This document shows positions 61,129-64,000 of a stretch of 64,000 nucleotides of DNA, piece after piece. The DNA is from Trueperaceae bacterium (lineage in GTDB: Bacteria; Deinococcota; Deinococci; Deinococcales; Trueperaceae), in contig OZ243956.1 in the NCBI GenBank assembly GCA_965214405.1, positions 4,160,001 through 4,224,000 of the forward strand. The letters are read 5' to 3'. A model generated the notes under the pieces. The model worked only from the letters and a program-made list of their open reading frames with translations. It searched no databases and was not told where the DNA came from. The translations under genes were made by a program, and so were the position numbers. Each line of letters opens with the position of its first letter. Within the stretch, counting starts at the first letter, position 1.

Positions 61129-61189
61129 TTATCCCCCTCCTCGTGACAAAAAAGAGACGCACCCCTAAGAGTGCGTGTATAGTCGCCTC

Positions 61190-61576
61190 ATGAAAAAACT
61201 CTTGGTTGTGCTAATGGTGCTGTCAGGTTTCAGTCTCGCTATCCCCTACGGGACGCCCACAGAGATAGCAGAAGTCATCTTTGCTGAGTATCAACTCGTC
61301 CCTGCGTCCTGCCCTCCGGAAGACCTCGAGGGGGGTGAGGGTGACTTGGGTATAGCCTGCTTCAAAGCGCCGCGCGGTTTAGGCGTGCAAGAGGCGGGCG
61401 ACATCGTAGAAGAGAGGATGATGCGAGTCGGCTTCATGCCCGACATGTTCGGGTGGATGGTTATTGACGAGAACACAGGCGGGGCTATGCTGCGAAGCGT
61501 AGAGGACAACATCATGCTCATTGTTCGTTACGCCGAGGGCCGCTTAGACTTTATGCTCATGGACTTGAGCAACTAA
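61190..61576 (+). CDS. Secreted hypothetical protein
   Basis: TATAGT-N6-ATG; signal peptide MKKLLVVLMVLSGFSLA; two Cys; stop 4 nt before the next repeat. Confidence 0.75.
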   Translation: MKKLLVVLMVLSGFSLAIPYGTPTEIAEVIFAEYQLVPASCPPEDLEGGEGDLGIACFKAPRGLGVQEAGDIVEERMMRVGFMPDMFGWMVIDENTGGAMLRSVEDNIMLIVRYAEGRLDFMLMDLSN

Positions 61577-61580
61577 TCAC

Positions 61581-61660
61581 GTTTCAATCCTCTACGAGGT
61601 TAACTGATTTTGCAACCGGGTAGCAACAGCCGCCGATTTGCCGACGTCACCCGTTTAATC
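61581..61660 (-). CRISPR. Full repeat 61581-61616, 36-bp spacer, repeat remnant GTTTAATC at 61653
   Basis: Exact TGA-variant repeat; the remnant starts one spacer length later. Confidence 0.85.
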
Positions 61661-61768
61661 TTCGAATGGGACCGCCCCTTCTAATGTCTTCAGTCTGTCA
61701 CGACACAATCAGATATATAAGGGTATCTGTCACACCACGCACATGTGACGATCTGACATAGTAAACTT

Positions 61769-62017
61769 ATGAGCAAGCGCTTCGACCGTATCGACTACAT
61801 TCCCCATGCGCTTCTTAGGATGCGCGTCCGTAAGGTAAGTAAGCGACAAGTCGAGCGCTGTGTTCAGGAACCAGACCGCGAGGGGCCGTCGGCCACGCAT
61901 CCGGAAAATATAGAGGCGCAAAGGGACACGGAGGTGTCAACCTTGATTGTCTGGTACGAGAGAAAAGGTCCAGGCCACATAGAAGTCAAGAGTCTCGTCA
62001 GGAGGGGTAAAAAGTGA
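61769..62017 (+). CDS. DUF4258-like (RelE-fold) putative toxin
   Basis: YIPHALLRM..RKVS...VE.C...PD...L.V.YE......V.S. Confidence 0.7.
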   Translation: MSKRFDRIDYIPHALLRMRVRKVSKRQVERCVQEPDREGPSATHPENIEAQRDTEVSTLIVWYERKGPGHIEVKSLVRRGKK

Positions 62018-62262
62018 CCATACTATACACAAAAGACGCCAACATCCTCACCATTTTTTTGGGCGGCGAGGTAGCCGAGACTGTTGAATACCGCCCCGGC
62101 CTGTTCTTAGACCTAGACGCAGCGGGCAAGGTCGTGGGCGTAGAGTCGCACGACGCCGCGGCATTTCTGAAAGAGGCTCAGGGTGACGACGGGCTGGAGT
62201 TACCCGAGAAGCTGGAGCGGTCTGAAAAACCTCATACGGAGCCCACGGGGGCCTATGCCTAA
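62014..62262 (+). CDS. DUF2283-like putative antitoxin
   Basis: YTKDANIL.I......ETVE..PG..LDLD..GKVVGVE..DA; GTGA overlap with the upstream gene. Confidence 0.75.
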   Translation: MTILYTKDANILTIFLGGEVAETVEYRPGLFLDLDAAGKVVGVESHDAAAFLKEAQGDDGLELPEKLERSEKPHTEPTGAYA

Positions 62263-62515
62263 TCCCAACCCCAAGCAAGAGCACCTTCAGCCCGGCTGGA
62301 ACAAGGGCCTCGAGAAAGCCAGGGGCGTCCCCAAACTAAGGCCGGGCGAGGTTAGCCGCACCGTACGCGTGCGCGGACCCGAGGCGCTGTTTAAGGAGTT
62401 GGAAGCTCTCACGCCTGTCCAGGTAGGCGAGATATTAAAGCGCCACCTCAGCGGACCGAGGTCCTCTTGGGGTGTTGGCGAACAACTAGAAGGGGGCGGT
62501 GGGGATGCTCCCTAG
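62255..62515 (+). CDS. Small basic protein, possible ribbon-helix-helix DNA binder
   Basis: ATG overlaps the upstream stop; MPNPNP...PGWNKG...SRTVRVRGPEALFKELEAL. Confidence 0.55.
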   Translation: MPNPNPKQEHLQPGWNKGLEKARGVPKLRPGEVSRTVRVRGPEALFKELEALTPVQVGEILKRHLSGPRSSWGVGEQLEGGGGDAP

Positions 62516-62807
62516 CAAGCCCGGCGTGAATCTAATCGAGGTCGCAGGTCTCGCCTACGTCGGCTCGAGCTTCAATATGAAAGCGGCAAAGGGCGCATTT
62601 GACAAAGCTGGAAGCGCGCAAGCATGTAAACCGCCAACTCCAAAGACTATTTAATTCGCACGGGGCAAAAAGCTTGAAGTTTACCGTCATTGAGGCGTTT
62701 ACGGGGGATGTTTCTCGAGCATGGCTTTGTAATTCTGAACGTGACTACACAACCTACTACGCTTCTAAAAAAGAGTTGTTGAACGGCGCGCTGGGCAGCG
62801 CAAAACC
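62505..62807 (+). pseudogene. Frameshifted GIY-YIG endonuclease ending at the array
   Basis: Frame A: MLPSKPGVNLI...AYVGSSFNMK. Shift near 62583. Frame B: RQRAHLTKLEARKHVNRQLQRLFNSHG..SLKFTVIE...LCNSERDY...LLN. Confidence 0.75.
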
Positions 62808-63753
62808 GTTTCAATCCTCTACGAGGTTAACTGATTTTGCAACCGGACCACGTCAACGCCCGCGTCGGCGTGAACATGTTTCAATCCTCTACGAGGTTAA
62901 CTGATTTTGCAACCCGTTACTGTGGCTTCTGTGGGGTGTTTCATGACGTTTCAATCCTCTACGAGGTTAACTGGTTTTGCAACGCTCAATTTCGCGCGCG
63001 TCCACGCCCGAGGGCTGGTTTCAATCCTCTACGAGGTTAACTGGTTTTGCAACGGCCGCCGCCGTACTGCGCGTAGGCGAGACAGGGTTTCAATCCTCTA
63101 CGAGGTTAACTGGTTTTGCAACCGCCTACCTGCTGCGTCCCCAGCGCCGCACCTCCGTTTCAATCCTCTACGAGGTTAACTGGTTTTGCAACCAACATCG
63201 TCCGCCTCGCCAGCGCCAACCCCACGCAGTTTCAATCCTCTACGAGGTTAACTGGTTTTGCAACGGCGATGTCGCTTTTGGCGGCGTTGGTGAACTTGAG
63301 TTTCAATCCTCTACGAGGTTAACTGGTTTTGCAACCGGGCGGCTGGCAGGCGCAGCTCTTGGGCTCGGGTTTCAATCCTCTACGAGGTTAACTGGTTTTG
63401 CAACTCGAGGATGGCGGGTGAACGCTCCTGAGCTACCGAGTTTCAATCCTCTACGAGGTTAACTGGTTTTGCAACCGTCGGCCCAGCCTGCAAGGGCGAT
63501 TTCTAGGTTGTTTCAATCCTCTACGAGGTTAACTGGTTTTGCAACAGACCATCACGCTTGCCGAGGGAATAAACACCGGTTTCAATCCTCTACGAGGTTA
63601 ACTGGTTTTGCAACGGGATCGCCATCGTGCAGGCGCGCGCCGGGTTCGTTTCAATCCTCTACGAGGTTAACTGGTTTTGCAACCTACACTCTCTCCTGCG
63701 TGATGGGTCATAGCAGGGTTTCAATCCTCTACGAGGTTAACTGGTTTTGCAAC
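62808..63753 (-). CRISPR. Main CRISPR array: 14 repeats (36 bp), 13 spacers (33-36 bp)
   Basis: Repeats start at 62808, 62878, 62948, 63018, 63087, 63157, 63229, 63300, 63369, 63440, 63510, 63579, 63648, 63718. Minus strand reads GTTGCAAAACCAGTTAACCTCGTAGAGGATTGAAAC (ATTGAAAC 3' handle, CCTC/GAGG hairpin). Variants accumulate leftwards. Confidence 0.98.
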
Positions 63754-64000
63754 TGCGGCACTTCCCGTCTTATCCAGGGCGCACCCAAAATCGGGATCTG
63801 CGAGCACCCTCGAGAGTTGCACGCCTGTTTCGCTTTTCTGTACCGACAAAGTCATAAAAACCACGTCTCCGACGTTTGCGAGCACCTCCGCGCTTTAGAG
63901 AGGTCTCGTTTGCGTCCAGTACAAGTTTATCACAAGAGTGGCTAAAGGGTGCTTTGATCCTCGAGCGCTTTTTCGCGCGCTGAGGTTGTAACACTGTGGT
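63754..64000 (-). promoter_or_regulatory. CRISPR leader with direct repeat TGCGAGCACC (63799, 63877)
   Basis: Non-coding, adjacent to the most conserved repeats, on the 5' side of the inferred transcript. Confidence 0.7.

Noticed and set aside
62837..63945. ORFs with repeated FQSSTRLTGFAT / VSILYEVNWFCN
   Set aside because: Translations of CRISPR repeats, not proteins.

Overview
GC-rich bacterial chromosome segment, most likely Deinococcus-Thermus (Trueperaceae-like). This assignment is inferred from many TANNNT-N6/7-ATG leaderless starts and the CRISPR repeat style. There are three zones. (1) 1-16.8 kb is core-like: a possible beta-pore-forming-toxin-domain protein, a P460/multiheme cytochrome c, an HtrA-like protease, an ABC exporter, a receiver-TrxB/cNMP-kinase redox operon, an MFS pump and tRNA-Trp. 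(2) 16,813-54,264 is a ~37.4 kb element integrated in tRNA-Trp. It has a 45-bp att duplication, an intact tyrosine integrase, arm-type repeats, and a primase/helicase module with iteron-like repeats, but no capsid or conjugation genes. Cargo: MazF and HigBA-type TA modules, an arsenic cluster, IS3/IS982 elements and IS scars, a cis-prenyltransferase/phosphatase/glycosyltransferase operon, an S8 lipoprotein and a 2,129-aa TPR/PIN-like protein. (3) 54.3-64 kb holds sugar-acid catabolism genes and then a CRISPR locus (36-bp repeat, leader at right, no cas genes in the window). The most unusual feature is the trailer end of this array (60,213-62,807). Here repeats are separated by 0.55-1.15 kb gene-bearing inserts instead of ~34-bp spacers: hicAB, a secreted protein plus a truncated ORF, and a DUF4258/DUF2283-like TA pair plus a broken GIY-YIG nuclease. 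The layout looks like gene cassettes stored between CRISPR repeats. Family calls come from motif recognition only; no database searches were run.
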